A DNA stretch of 64,000 nucleotides from Phoronis australis (GCA_002633005.1 NMRA01000102.1:271830-335829), one strand, 5' to 3'. Shown: positions 1 through 14,600, numbered from the stretch's first letter. The notes: generated from the sequence alone by a model not told the origin. Numbers and translations: made by a program.

Positions 1-733
1 ACTCAGGGAGTCTTGCTCCAAGTGTTTTTTTCGCATCTCTTCATGAATATATTTTGGTTTCATTCCTTTTTTTACCCAAATACTTTATGACGGCTCTCAT
101 CTCCGTTATCTCCATGCTACTAAATGTGTTGTCTTCTGGTTTTTGAAGCAGTGCCACCTAGCGGCTGTTGACCGTACTTATTCAGCATGAACGCAGTACT
201 GTTCTAAAAGATGAAATTTTACTACGGTGTGAAAAATTTTAACCTAAGTCCCTGTTTTCTTGATGAGGCCGAGGTCTTATTGAAGGACCCTCGTATGTTT
301 GCTTGCTTGATGTATGACTCTGACTTAATTAAAGGCCTTTCCCAATGACGTCCATGCTTTGATGTTTAGTGGAGTCGTTACTGGTGGAAACACTTAAATT
401 TGGTCTTGGATTGGAATTCAAGTTTGCTTCGCAGTAATCGGGGGATTTAATAGCAAAGCCAGGGTCACCTTAACATTATAGTTTTCCGGGCACAGCCGTG
501 CACCGAGGCTTCTACCAGCATAATTACATAGCAATAAAATATATATTGTATACCAACAAGTACATATGTAGTGCAAAGGGGTATTTGTATTTATAGGCAT
601 ACCGGTACTATTGACTACTAAAGCTAATGGGAATGTTCAAGTGAACTTAACAGTTTACACTGATGCTTCACTAAGTAAAAGATTTAACTTGGTTGGAAAA
701 GGCCATAAGATTCAGCTGATGTGCTCTCCTTAA

Positions 734-2413
734 AGGAGAATGCCACCCAAAAAACAACCTACTTTGTATCAGTTTAGATCGAGTAGTTCTACTCGACTAC
801 AGCACGTTCAGTTGCGTTCCTGACGGCACACGGAGGTGTTGAAATTATCCAATGACGTAATTGGTTTCACACGCAGTCTGTTCAGCAGTTCACAACACGG
901 GTTACTGGTGTCAGCTTATCGCTTGAATTCATCGTTTAGCACCGATAAATCATCAAACTTGAATGAAAAACCCTTAAAAATGCACCGATTCTTATAAAAA
1001 CATGTTGTTTTATTTCGCTGTTACGGATTTACTGGTATTTGGATACACCGTAGCTTGCAAAGTTCGGCAGGCCAATTTTCCAAGGTCCGTAGAACTGAGG
1101 AGTTTGGGATATGTTCGGAGATAAATTCTAAGTATTCTTCCGTGAAATACAGACTGGAGAACCTAGATCTGTGTTGTTACACTTCCGATATTTTGAGTTC
1201 TAAACACAAAACGCTTGTTATCCTGGCCAGTGGCTCAGAACCCGATCAGGCCAGTCGCGGCCGGACTGACTCGTTATCCCGGGCTCAGAACCTGATCAGG
1301 CCCGTCGCGGCCGCCGGGACTGGCACAAACATAAACCACCTTGAGTTGGAAACTAAACCTCCAGTCACATTGTGCACATAATTATGTGAATTAGCCACGA
1401 AACTGAAAATCTACTTACTTGTCGGGGGCCGTGATGTCGGGTTCCCCTTCCACAGACCGTCAAGGCAAAGGTTGTACAGTAACAATGATTTGAATAATGT
1501 ATTTGTATTTCTAAATAAAGATTACCTAACATGTGACCATAGCATATGTAATCGAGTAATTGTTTCAGAGCAGCTTTCTGTCAGCAAACACTGAATTAGC
1601 ATGCGCTCACATGGCCTTGGTGCCTGGTCAATTAGCTTTGTTGTTGGCATCAAATGCCGGTAACGCAGTGGTTTATTCATTGCTGGCTTCTCAAAACATT
1701 TGCACTCACGAGCACTCCAAGTCATTACAAATTGTATATAATTAGACAGACGTTGTTTCAGTTTCATATAAGCATTGGTTAGGATGAGAATAATTCATTT
1801 TGAAACAGAACGCAGAATAATAAATGTCTACTTTAAATGGCAACTCGCCTTGCGCCAATCCCGACTTAGTCAAGAGCTCAGGCGACGAAGACTTCACGGG
1901 TCGGAACTTTAGGTTTCACAGGCTATCAGTTCAAACCCGTGGAATACACTAATCAAGAAACACTAGAGAGGCACCGTGAACATGCACAGGCAACAGAACG
2001 TATGGATAATTCTTTGGTAAGCCGGAATTCGTCAGAGAAATCACTGTCGACGAAATGCCGGCCACAGGACACAGAGATGTTTCACGGCCTTATACTTGCT
2101 ATTAACAGCCTACCTTTCATTCTTCACTACTGCGAGCCACTTCCTAAGCATATCGGGCTCGCGAGGAAGTCGAAAAAACGACATACCTGCTTTCTTCGCA
2201 GCTTCATAGTTCAGACAACTGGGAACGCTGCACCGTAATATAGCGGCATTCACTCTGCAGACGAACCACTGACGTTGCTGCATCGTTTCTCACCTTCCTC
2301 ACAGGTTAACGCGACACCTCTTGGCAAGATGAGGTCGACCGTATAAGAGGCGATGTGGATATAGACCAATTAAGATGGTAGAAAAGACTAATTAAATCGG
2401 GTGGCATTCTCCT
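734..2413. mobile_element. Non-autonomous Kolobok-like DNA transposon
   Basis: TIR AGGAGAATGCCACCC...GGGTGGCATTCTCCT flanked by TTAA on both sides (730-733, 2414-2417); RR...YY termini with TTAA TSD fit Kolobok; no transposase ORF seen. Confidence 0.75.
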
Positions 2414-3056
2414 TTAATATTTCTTTGAGCATTGCTCTCATAAGTGTCTTAATTATCACACACCTACATGACTAGAAAAGTCTACTATGTTGCAAGTACA
2501 TTAGTGATCTAGATGTGAACATGTTGTTGTAATGCATCAAATTGCGTGTAGTGATTATTTCATGCTTGGATTGAAAACAGTCATCTTTGTTGTCAGAATG
2601 AATGTTCATAGGTGGAGCCGTTACATAGTATAGGGGATAGAATAGTTACCTATCGCCTACCTGTTTGTGTTTACAGACCTGGCTTTTGAACCTGTCCTGG
2701 GCTCTTTGTTGAGGTACTCGAGGGAATCTTTGAGTCACATAGTCACCAGTGAATGGTCTTTGGTGATTGTCCAACACCACTTGGTGGCTGTTACTTGTGA
2801 GTCTCAGTTCAGTTTTGTAAATGTTGAACAGCGTATGGACACATTCCACAACATTTGCAAAATTGAAAAGAGATGGTGGATATGAATTTCCAGCTATTTT
2901 AACCGAGGCCTCCTCATAATTAACAACCATGAGGTGGTGTTGGACAACCACCTTGTACCACCCATTGGTGACCATGTTACATGAAGATTCCCGCCAGTAC
3001 CCTACAGATCACAGATAGGTACCTACTCTATATATCATCTTTGTTAATTGTTATGA

Positions 3057-3260
<204 letters not shown>

Positions 3261-3487
3261 TGACTTCAGTTGGTTGAGTAGGAATGTTGGGAGGAACCAA
3301 GTGGTTTGAGTAGGGGTTTTGGGGGTTGACTTCAGTGGTTTGATTGTATAATTGTATTGCTTTTAACTCTGATTCCATCATATCCAATTAGAATAGTGGA
3401 TTTTAATCTGACAATTCTGAATAAAATCATGGACAGTGTTGCGACAAATGGTTCCGTATTAGAGTAATAATCACTTACAGAGGTTCC

Positions 3488-3546
3488 ACATTTTGAGAAC
3501 CAGTTTTCTCTACTGATTATCAGGCATCAAACTGGTTCTCAAAACC
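3488..3546. repeat. Short hairpin MITE-like family (other copies ~7734-7790, ~40637-40695, ~40980-41036)
   Basis: TTTTGAGAACCAGTTT...AAACTGGTTCTCAAAA inverted arms recur four times in the window. Confidence 0.65.
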
Positions 3547-3681
3547 TGGTACACCTGTACGTGACTATTGCCCGTTTTGATGTGGTAGTATAGTGATCAG
3601 AGTAGCTGTTGGCAGTCCCATGTAAAAAGGAATGGAGATTACAAATAGCGATCAAAACACTGTTTGAAAATAGCAACTTAA

Positions 3682-5519
3682 AGGCGAAGGCAACCTTTTT
3701 TCATGTCTTTTTTAGCAAAAATAAGGTTCAATGATTATCCCAGACACATTTTCCACTTAATTACAGCTTTTTGTAATTTTTATGCGCCACATATTTATAT
3801 GTGGACGCATTATGCCGTCATCTCCGTCCGTCCGTCCGGGCGCCGTCCGTCCGGCGTNCGGTGCAATTGTGGGCGCATTTCAACGCTCTGCTTTGCTCTT
3901 GTAATTAAAACTTGACAAAAATGTAATGCAAGCCTATCAATGTCAACACTTGTTAACAATTAATGATCTCTCAAAGTGTTGGATATTTTGCAAAGTAATA
4001 AGAATTTAGTATTGAATTTTTACGTTAAGGTTTTGTATTGCTTGTGATTCTATAAAACAGCCAACAAATTTAATTTCTTACGAAATCATTTGAGAAAATT
4101 GACTGACATGTCTCTGTGTTCAGCTAATAGCAAGCAATTCTTTATTACTGTGATCCAGTTTGGAGGTCTGGTGATAAGCAAGACCGGCCGAAAGGTGATA
4201 GCGACAAAACCAAATTTCTGTCGTGAACATTTTGAGACTGTGAATCATTTCTGCGTGAATCGTTTTCATGACTATCCCACAACGTAGCAGTCGTAATTTG
4301 TCAGCACAATGGTAGCAAAGAATTTGTAAAAAACACTGCGAAGTTTGAGCTCAGAGTTAGTTTGGATCTTTAACAACTTCGATTATGTTCATACGTATAG
4401 CAGGTCAGACCTAGCAAAATCAAGGATACTTTTTCAATGAATATGTTCTCCCTTTTCATACTGCAAACTTAGCTACTTGAATGTACGTGTCGGTTAAGAA
4501 CACTGATTCAACTTTCACATCGGCAACTAGCCTTGCGCTCTAGAGCCTTTCAATGGTGGTCGTGAAGAACAGTAATGCCGTATGTCCTTGGAAGAACTCA
4601 ATTTTGGGACCTGAAATTTGTGAGTATTTAACGCCGCACGTAAGAACATAATCTAAACATTTTCTCGATGATTGTGGGTGCATTTCAACACTCTGCATTG
4701 CTCTTGTATTAATTATTCGTTATCTACTCCGAAAGTGACGTTTTGGGAGGCAAGGATTTCGCATCAATTTCGTTTTCCATAGTCTGACTATATGAGCGAT
4801 GTTGAGTCAATCATTTATTTACCTAGGTTGTCATAAGTTCAGTCGTCGTTTGTTTTTGTTGATGAGTCAGTCAACTTGCCACACTGTTGCTGCGTACCGG
4901 GATGTACTCATTATGGTCCAAAGCCTGTAAGCAGCCCTGTTGCGATGTTGAGTAGTGGGAGTGAATACAGGCCCCGTTCAAAACCCAGTGAAGAGGACAG
5001 TTCGTCGTGCAATGAACAGATTGGTGAACCAAACTTTGATAAGTTTATTGTGGACTAGTGTACTACAGTATTGGGGCTATTTAGAAGGTGCCAGGTTAGT
5101 GGTGAGGGAGTCACACGGCAGGGTGTAAACGGTTTGTGTGCTCAGGTCACTATCAGTGGGAGTGTGTCGCGGACAATCGGGCAAGTGGGACAGTTGTTCC
5201 TCTGTCCGTGAGATGATAATGAGTACATCCTGGTACGCAGCAACAGTGTGGCATGTTGACTGACTCGTAAACAAAATCACACGATGACCAAACTTATCAA
5301 AACCGAGATAGAACAATGACTGACTCGGCAGCTCCCATAATCAGACTATACGAAAAGAAATAGGCGGGAAATTCTTGCCTCCCAAAACGTCACATCCGGA
5401 GTAGACATCGAATAATTAATTAAATTACGAAAAGCTGTAATTAAGTGGGAAATGTGTCTGGGATAACCAACGAACCTTATTTTTGCTAAAAAAGACATGA
5501 AAAAAGTTTGCCTTCGCCT
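3682..5519. mobile_element. Kolobok-like element with ~200-bp TIRs, THAP-like remnant and nested HINE insertion
   Basis: TTAA|AGGCGAAGGCAA...TTGCCTTCGCCT|TTAA; left TIR is split by an insertion (3777-4707) and resumes at ~4708; 4876 reads (L/M)PHCCCVPGC, resembling a THAP N-terminus. Confidence 0.75.
3777..4707 (+). mobile_element. HINE (Helentron-associated) mini element with a second downstream 3' end
   Basis: 5' TTTTATGCGCCACA...TGTGGACGCAT hairpin, (GTCC)n, 3' TGTGGGCGCAT plus CAACGCTCTGCTTTGCTCTTGT ending 3902; second 3' end at 4674-4707. Confidence 0.7.
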
Positions 5520-6084
5520 TTAACTTTTTTTGGTTAATGAAGCTTTTATTCATGAATTAGGTGTGAAATTTTTGTGAATATTTTTGCTATGAAGAGGAAT
5601 CTAAGCTGCCATGTCCATATGATGACAAGACAATGCATGTTTAGATGACCCCTATTGGTTTGATTGTCCAGATACCATTTGGCAGTTCGAGTGCGAATTG
5701 CTGACTAGCACATGCGCGCAACCAGGGGGGCTCGGGGGGTGAATAAACAATGCATATGCCCTGAACAAACCCCGTTTACAGTTCTTTTTTAGTCAAAAGG
5801 TCTGCAAACCCAAAAATTCGAGACCCCTGCATCCCTACAGTTTAGGTTGGGCGCGCGCATCTGCTGAAATTCTGATTATTCCTGTGCCCTGCCCCCCCTC
5901 CAACTCAAAATCCTGGATCCGCCCTTGTTGGCTGCAGGTCAAAGTTCAGGATCAGACTGACCTTCAGTACCTAAGTTTTATCCGCATATTAACTAGTCTT
6001 CTTTTCCAAGTGTGGTTGTTCTACAAAGTAGTTGCGACCTGGTTTCATACAAAAGTAACATTACTCTGTTCTTTTCTTGTTCAG

Positions 6085-6184
6085 GATGTGTTTATGCTCC
6101 TCGATTTACTTGGCACCAGTAATCCTACGTTTTTATCGTGGTTTGAAAATTCTCAGCACCTCTTTGACAGAATAACAAAAATAG
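6085..6184 (+). CDS. QPCT: Glutaminyl cyclase exon
   Basis: ttcag|GAT...ATAG|gtaggt; DVFMLLDLLGTSNPTFLSWF (LLDLLG motif). Confidence 0.92.
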
Positions 6185-6263
6185 GTAGGTAAGGACAAAT
6201 TAACTTTAACGTGAACATTTGCTGCTTACATTAATCATTGGTATTTGTTTTAAAAAGAGGCTT

Positions 6264-7564
6264 GGGTCTGTTTCATGAAAAGTGACTTAAGACTTACGGC
6301 GGCAGACATTTTGATCTTGCGCGGCACTCAGCTATTTGTGAGACTTATGGGCACACTGTCACGTTTTTCCCCGTGTGTGGGTGGGCACAGGTTGTTACAG
6401 ACCGGTGCTAATAGCTTTCGGTGCGAAGATTGACTGAAGACTGGTTCGAGTTAATCCTTTATTAATCCCGACCGTACATTCACAAGCCTACTCAAACAAA
6501 ACATCCGACGTAATGTCTGTTTTATGCTCCAGCCAGTGCTGCGAAGCCTTGACTTGTGATGAACTTCTGAGACACGTTCAGCTACTGTTACACTCGTAGG
6601 TTCAATAACCTGCTGTCTCTATAGCTGGCTCTCTATTGACTATCGCTGTAACTGCTGATTCTCTTCACTGCAACTCAACTGTAGTTCTCCTGATAAACTT
6701 TCTTGAACTGGCTTGATGTCACTTGATCTCCCGACTTGATCTTCCGACTTGATCTTCTTGGACTCAACTGACTAACACAAACCCGTGCTTGTGTATTTAT
6801 AGCCTAATGCATTGTTCTAGAGCTTTTCATCAATTCAAGCACATACCAGAACTTTCTGGAACCTACCCAATCATTCTACAAACATGTACCAGTCTCTAGA
6901 GTATTCCAGACTGCATTAATCACTGTCATGCTAGAGTCTTATAGAAAGTTCCACACTATACTGCAGTAAACAAATTACAATATCACTATTCTGACCTCAG
7001 TCTTCTAGAAAGTTCCACACTATTTTGTAGTAAACATATTACATCATCACTGTACTTAACTCATGGGTCATGCCAATCAAACAGAATAACAAAACAAAAC
7101 AATGCAACTGAAAATACTGTCAGACTATATTCTGACACAGACATTTGGTCTTACGCTGCACACAACTATTTGTGAAACTTACGGCCAGACATTTGGCCTT
7201 ACGCTTCACACTGCTATTTGTGAGACTTACGTCCAGACATTTGGTCTTACGCTGCGCACAACTATTTGTGAGACTTACGGCCAGACATTTGGCCTTACGC
7301 TGCACACAACTATTTGTGAGACTTACGGCCAGACATTTGGTCTTACGCTGTACACTGCTATTTGTGAAAGGAATTAATTCTGACTTAAGGATAAGTGCAA
7401 ACTTTCTGAGAATATACGCATAACAGATAGTTATTAAGATAATTTCTTTATATTATTATTTTCTAGACTGTATTGTGGTCATGATTACTCGACTAAATCA
7501 GTAGTTGTAAAGTGGGGTTGCAAGAACATATTTCTGTCTTAAGTCACTTTAATGAAACAGTCTC
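6264..7564. mobile_element. PIF/Harbinger-like non-autonomous element with internal 48-bp tandem repeats
   Basis: Imperfect TIR GGGTCTGTTTCATGAAAAGTGACTTAAGAC / GTCTTAAGTCACTTTAATGAAACAGTCTC; ~5 copies of a 48-bp unit at 7139-7368. Confidence 0.6.
6357..7137 (-). mobile_element. Solo LTR inserted in the Harbinger-like element
   Basis: TGTCA...TGACA ends; 5-bp TSD CACAC/CAGAC (1 mismatch) interrupting one 48-bp unit; minus-strand TATAAATA (~6793-6800) upstream of AATAAA (~6457-6462). Confidence 0.7.
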
Positions 7565-8638
7565 CTGGGTTTTACCATGTTTTACTTTATTATCAAGTAT
7601 ACATTTATTGCTGTGAATAATGACTGAGAGTCTTAACAAATTACAATACTTGTCTGGGTTCAAGCCTACTGAGAAGCTCAAGAATTGTGGGTATGAAATA
7701 CAGCCAGGCAATAGTCACTTTCAGGGGTCTCGGATTTTGAGAATAAGTTTGATGCCAGTTATTCAGTGGAGAAAACTGGTTCTCAAAATGCAAGTGACTA
7801 TTACATCCAGCCGAGCTTGGCCATTTAAGAACAGAATTTTTTGAAAAGTCTGGATAGGCGTTTGCCCGAGCTACCAATTTGGGTTAACACTTATGTATTA
7901 ACAGATTATGTTGATCACTTCGCATGAGCTGAATATACACAATGTACTGTTATTAATGGAATTCCATGTATTTTTTGGGCCTTGCATATTATGGGCAGTT
8001 TTTAAGGAACTTAAAGTGTGTTTGAATGGTCAAACAGTGGTGTTTGTAAGTAAACGTTATGAAAATTTCAGGTTTACGTTCATCTGCTTGACTACCATGG
8101 TATGATAAACATTCTTCAATATTGGCGGCCTTTAGAATTTGAGACACGGAAACTCCAACAAAAAATTTTCAGGATTCTGGAATTTAGGACAAGGGCAATT
8201 TTGGCATTTATCATATTTTTTAAATTTCGAGCAATGTGTTTTCAATCTACAGAGAGGGTATTGAATTTGGGCAAGCCAATTTTGTCCATTTCTAGAATTT
8301 GGGGTAAGCTCTGACCGCGAGGAAAACAATTAATTTCTCACTGTCCCAAGTTGGAGAATCTTTACTGTACATTAATAGTGTTATGGGTGTAATGCAAAGG
8401 AAATGTTGCGTGAATGATACAAAGGAGGTGCTGCATGAATGATGCAAAGGAAGAAAGGGAGTGGATGGGGAAGAAAAAGGTAAATCAGATATGAGGATTT
8501 ATGTGTCCCATGTTTGTGGTCTAGTCTTAAATGACAGCAATCTCACTGACCTTAGGCTAGAGTCCTTGTTTGTATTTTGCCTCTCAAGTCTCAATCTGTT
8601 ACATTTGTAGACCATAGCAATTTTTTTGAATGGTTGTA

Positions 8639-11600
8639 TTTTTACGCGCCCACATATTTGTATGTGGACGCATTATGCCGTCGTCTCCATCCGTACGGCA
8701 TCTGGCGTCCTCTGCTCTATCTCCAAAACACCTTAACGTATGTTTATGAAATTTTACTCAATGTGTTCCTTCTGTGGATGGGACGGCATGAAACCAGCTT
8801 TCCTACGGATCCGTCTACCAGTGTGCCCCCTAGTGGCAATTTTAGTTTTTTACGTTTAGCTCTGTATCTTCAAAAGTCTTGAACGGATTTTCATAAAATT
8901 TGGTATATAGGCACCTATTAGGGAGATGACGATATCCTTCCGTTTTTGGATGGATTTGCCATAGTTTGCGCCACCTAGTGGCCATTTTTACTGTTTTCGA
9001 TTCTGTTTCTTTGGGTCCACCCCTCTACCAACCAAACCGCTCAAAGGTTGATTGTGAAAATTGGCATGTATGTTCTTACTATAAAGTGGACGGCTGACGA
9101 TGATTTTCTGACGACTTCGACTTCTGTGGCGCCTCCTAGTGGCATTTTTGTTTTTTTGCGCCTATGGCTATATCCCCTAAACCATTCGTAGGATCTTTAC
9201 TAAATTTAGTAAGTGTATTGATATGATGTTAACAACAAAGGACGACGACTTTCAGAGGGATCTGACTACTGGTGTGCCACCTATCGGCAATTTTTTTTTT
9301 TTTACGTTTACCTCTGTATGTTCCAAGGTCTTCAACGTATTTTCATAAATTTTGGCATACAGGAATCTGTTAATGAGATGACGCTATTTCTTCGTTTTCA
9401 GGTGGATTCAACCTAGTTTACGCCACCTAGTGGCCATTTTTACTATTTTTGAGTCTGTTTTTTGGCGTCCACTCGTCTATCAACCAAACGGCTTTCAGGA
9501 TAATTGTGGAAATTTGAATGTATGTGTTTACTATGAAGTGGAAGGCTGACGACAATTTTCTGATGAGTTCAACTACTGTGGCGCTTCCTAGTGGCAGTCT
9601 TGTTGTTTTTGCGCTCATGGCTATAACTATTAAACTGTTTGCAGGATCTTTACTTAATTTAGCACGTGTAGTAATATAATGTTGACAATGAACAACGACG
9701 ACTTTCAGACGGATCTGACTTCTGGTGTGCCCCCTAGTAGCAATTTTAGTTTTTTATGTTTACCAGTTTGTATCGTCAAAGATCCTCAACAGATTTTCAT
9801 AAAATTTTGATTATAGGCATCTATTGGTGAGATGACACTATCATCCTGTGTGGATGGAATCGAGGTATTTTGCGCCACCTGGTGGCCATTTTTGCTGTTT
9901 TCAAATCTTGTTTTTGACGTCCACCCCTTGATCAACCAAATCATTCTAGGGATGGTTTTGAAAATTGGCGTACATGTTTTCAGTGTGAAGAGGACGTTTG
10001 ATGATGGTGACTGACTACTGAAGCGCCTGCTAGTGGTAGTTTTGTTTTTTGTTTTGTTTTGCGCCCACAGCTGTATCTTCAAAACCCACTACGGATCTTT
10101 ATTAAATTTAGTATGTGAATTTATATGAAGATATCAGACGACAACTCCGGCGGATGGAATGGACGCTGTGCCCACAGGTGGCAATTTCATTTTGTTCTGT
10201 TTTCCTTTGTTTCTCTGAAGTTCCTTGACAGATTTTTATGAAATATGGCATGTTCCCGTTTTTGGATGGATTGTACTTTTTTGTGCCATCTAGTGGCCAT
10301 TTTTATGATACAGATAACCCTAAAAGCACACCATTTGCGATACATTTGTGGGCGCATTTCAATGCTCCGCATTGCGCTTGTTGTTAGCAGGTATTGTCAG
10401 TCAGCCATTGAGATGAACTGCTGTTTTTATTTAATGTTGCCAACTAATTTTTATGCACCCACATATTTATATGCAGGCGCATTATGCCGTCATCCCTGTC
10501 CATTCGTCTGTCTGGCATCCACTGCTCTATCTTTAAAACCCTTTTACGTAATGTTCATGAAATTTCGCACATATGGTCCTTTCATGGACGGGACGGCATG
10601 AGCGAGTTATGAGACAGATCCAACTATCTGTTCGCCCCCTAATGGTTATTTTAGTTTTTTACGTTTAGTCTATATCTTCAAAGGTCCACAACGGGTTTTC
10701 ATAAAATTTGGCAAATATTTATCTTATAGTGAGATGACGCTACCTTTCCATTTTCGGATGGATTCAAGGTATTTTGCGCCACCCAGTGGCCTTTTTTTAC
10801 TGTTTTTGAGTCTGTTTTTGGCACCCGCCCCTCTATGATTGTGAATATGTGTATATATGTTCCTACTGTGAAGAGGACGACTGATGATGATTTTCCAACG
10901 ACTTCATGTACTGTGGCTCCTTCTAGTGGCAGTTTTGTTTTTTGCGCCCACAGCTGTATCTCCTAAACCCTCTGCAGGATCTTTATAAAACTTGGCATGT
11001 GTATTTATATGAAATTGACAACAGACGACAAGGACTTTTTGTCGGATCCGTAGAAAGCTTTGTCCCCTAGTGGCAATTTCATTTCTCATATTCCTCTCTT
11101 TCTTTGAAGGTCCGTGACCGATTTTTATGAAATTTGGTTATAAAATAGCTTTCTTTCAAAGAAACTGTAATGTGTCCCGTTTTTGTGTGGATGTGGCATG
11201 CCATATTTTGCCATGTAATGGCCATTTTTACTGTTTTCTAGTCTGTTTTTGGCATCCGCCTCTCTACCAACCAAACCTCTCTAAACATGATTTTTATGCG
11301 CCCACATATTTATATGTGGACGCATTATGCCGTCATCTCCGTCCGTCCGGGCGGCGTCCGTCCGGCGTCTGGCGTCCGCTGCTCTATCTCCAAAACCCTT
11401 TGACATACGTTCATGAAATTTGGCACATATGTTCCATTCATGAATGGGACGGCATGTGCGAACGTTCGGACGGATCCGACTACCGGTGTGCCCCCTAGTG
11501 GCAATTTTAGTTTTTTACGCTTACCTTTGTATCTTCAAAAGTCCTGAATGGATTTTCATGAAATTTGGTATGTAGGCACCTAGTAGTGAGATGACGCTAT

Positions 11601-14600
11601 CCGGCCGTTTTCAGATGGATTCGACATAGTTTGCGCCACCTAGTGGCCATTTTTAGTGTTTTCGAGTCTGTTTTTGTGCGTCCACCCCTCTATCAACCAA
11701 ACCGCTCAAAGGATGATTGTGAAAATTGGCATGTATATGCTTACTATGTAGAGGACGGTTGACGATGATTTTCCGACGATTTCGACTACTGTGGCGCCTC
11801 CTAGTGGCAGTTTTGTTTTTTTGCGCCTATGGCTGTATCTCCTAAACCGTTCGCAGGATCTTTACAAATTGTGTAAGTATATTTATATGATGTTAACAAC
11901 GGAAGATGACGACTTTTGGTCGGATCCGACTACCGGTGTGCCCCCTAGTGGCAATTTTAGTTTTTTACGCTTACCTTTGTATCTTCAAAAGTATTGAACG
12001 GATTTTCATGAAATTTGGTATATAGGCACCTATTAGTGAGATGACGCTATCCTACTGTTTTCAGATGGATTCAACGTAGTTTGCGCCACCTAGTGGCCAT
12101 TTTTACTGTTTTCGAGTCTGTATTTTTGCGTCCACCCCTCTATCAACCAAACCGCTCAAAGGATGATTGTGAAAATTGGCGTGTATGTGCTTACTATAAG
12201 GAAGACAGCTGACAATGATTTTCAGACGATTTGGACTACTGTGGCGCCTCCTAGTGGCAGTTTTGTTTTTTTGCGCCCATGGCTGTATCTCCCAAACCGT
12301 TTGCAGGATCTTTACTAAATTTAGCAAGTGTATTTATGTGATGTTGACAACGGACGATGACGACTTTAGGATGATTCTGATTACCGGTATGCCTCTAGTG
12401 GCAATTTTAGTATTTGCCTCTAGTGGCAATTTTAGTATTTTACATTGACCTCTGTATTTTCATAGGTCTTCAGGTGTATACTTTGTGTTACTTCGTGACT
12501 GTGAAGGAAAAGTTCCAAGTAGAAATTTGTTTCTGGCATTCTAATGCTGTGCTAATCTCGTATGTTGGTAAATTTGTTTTTAATTCTATGTTTCTGTGGT
12601 GCTTTAAGCAACTGGTGTATAGGATGTGCTTGTATTATGAAGATTACTCACATTTTGCCCCTAGCCTATTGAGGAGACAAGTACCATGCCTTTCCATTTT
12701 GCAAAGTACAACATACTACATATATGCCCTCTACTGGCCACTTTATGGTACCAATAAACAACCCTAGAAGGATACCGTATACGGTGCAATTGTGGGCGCA
12801 TTTCAACGCTCTGCGTTGCTCTTGTTAAAATTGGCGTTAATGTTTCTACTCTGAAGAGGACAGCTGATGTTCAGACGACTCTGCTAGTGTGCCACCTCCT
12901 TAGGCACAACTAAGTTGCAGTATTTTTGCGCCCATGGCTGTACCTCCAAAACCTTCGGCAGCAACTTTATTAAATTTGACGAGTGTATTTGTATGAAGTT
13001 GACCATAGACAATGACGACATTTGGACGGATTCGACTGCCACTGTGCCCCGCTAATGGCAATTTTATACGCCCACATATTTGTATGTGGGTGTATATTGC
13101 CGTCATCTCTGTCTGGGCGTCCGGTGTCCGTGGCTGTTGGCAGGTGTGTTCCTATGGAGTTGACGACAGGCTGGCGAGTTTCGGACCAATGCGAGTATTG
13201 CTGTGCCCCTAAGTGGCAATTTTTTTTACGTTTGCCTCTGTAGCCTCAAAGGTCCTCCACCGATTTTCATGAAATTTGGCACATAGGCATCTATCCTCCG
13301 TTTTTGGATGGATTCGAGATATTTTGCGCCATCTAGTGGCCATTTTTACTATTTTGGAGTCTGTTTTTTTGACGTCTGCCCCTCTATCAACCAATCTACT
13401 CTAAGAATGATTGTGAAAATTGGCATGTATGTTCTTACTTGGAATAGTACGGTTGATGGGGATTTTTCGACGACTTTGACTACTGTGGCACCTCCTAGTG
13501 GTAGTTTTGTTTATTTTTGCGTCCATGGCTATATCTCCTAACTGCTCTACAGGATCTTTATTAAATTTTGCAATTGTATTTATATTTACATGAAATTGAC
13601 AATGGACGACAACAACTTTCAAACAGATCGAACTACCAGTATACCCCCTAGTGGCAATTTTAGTTTTTTTACCTCTGTAACTGCAAAGACCCTCAACGGA
13701 TTTCCATAAAATTTGGTAGATAGTCATCCATTAGTGAGTTGATGCTAGCCATTCATTTTCAGATTGATTCGAGGTATTTTGCTCCACCTAGTGGCCATTT
13801 TTGTTGTTTTCGAGTCAGTTTTTTGGCGTCCGTCCCTCTGCCAACCAAACCACTCTAAGGATTATTGTGAAATTTGGCATGTATGAAGAGGACGATTGAC
13901 GACATTTTCCTGATGACTTAGACTACTGTGGCACCTGCTAGTGGCAGTTTTTTTTTGCGCCTATGCCTGTATCTCCTACGCCCTCTGCAGGATCTTTATT
14001 AAATTTAGCATGTGTATTTATATGCAGATAACAACGGAAGATGTCGACTTTCAGATGGATCCGACGAACATTGTGCCTCCTAGTGGCAATTTCATTTTTT
14101 TTCCCTTTTCCTCTGTTTCCTTGACGAATTTTCATGAAATTTGGTAAATAGCTTTCTTTTAAAAGAACATGACATTTTGCGGTTTTCAGACGGATTCGAG
14201 GAATTTGTTGAAAACAGACGCCAGGATACGGATTTACTTGTGTTTTTGAATGAGAAAAGCCAAGTTTTTACCTACTTTTGATGCAAACCGGTGGCTGTCA
14301 TTTGCTATCAACCTCTGTCGTCTGCCGTCCGGGTGCGTGAACAAGACTGCAGCCTATTTCTTACTGCTTTCTTCGCTACTCACATGAATGTTATCGTGTT
14401 GTTCATAATTGCCGCCTTAATAGTCATGATTGTCGTCATCCTCCCCATCGTCTTCTTTTCGATTAATTTCGCCAAGTGTCACTCCTCCGAGCGCTCTCGT
14501 TTATGAAATTTGGAAAACAAATTTCTATTATGAGGACAACAGCAGTTTTCCTTTTTGTGATGGATTTGATGTATTCTGCACCAACTAGTGGCCATTTTAA

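Noticed and set aside
4876-5058. Host THAP-domain gene
   Set aside because: Starts at TTG, only the first motif is present, and it lies inside a TIR element
7102-7423. Repetitive ORFs (TFGLTLHTTICETYGQ)n
   Set aside because: 48-bp tandem units inside a MITE
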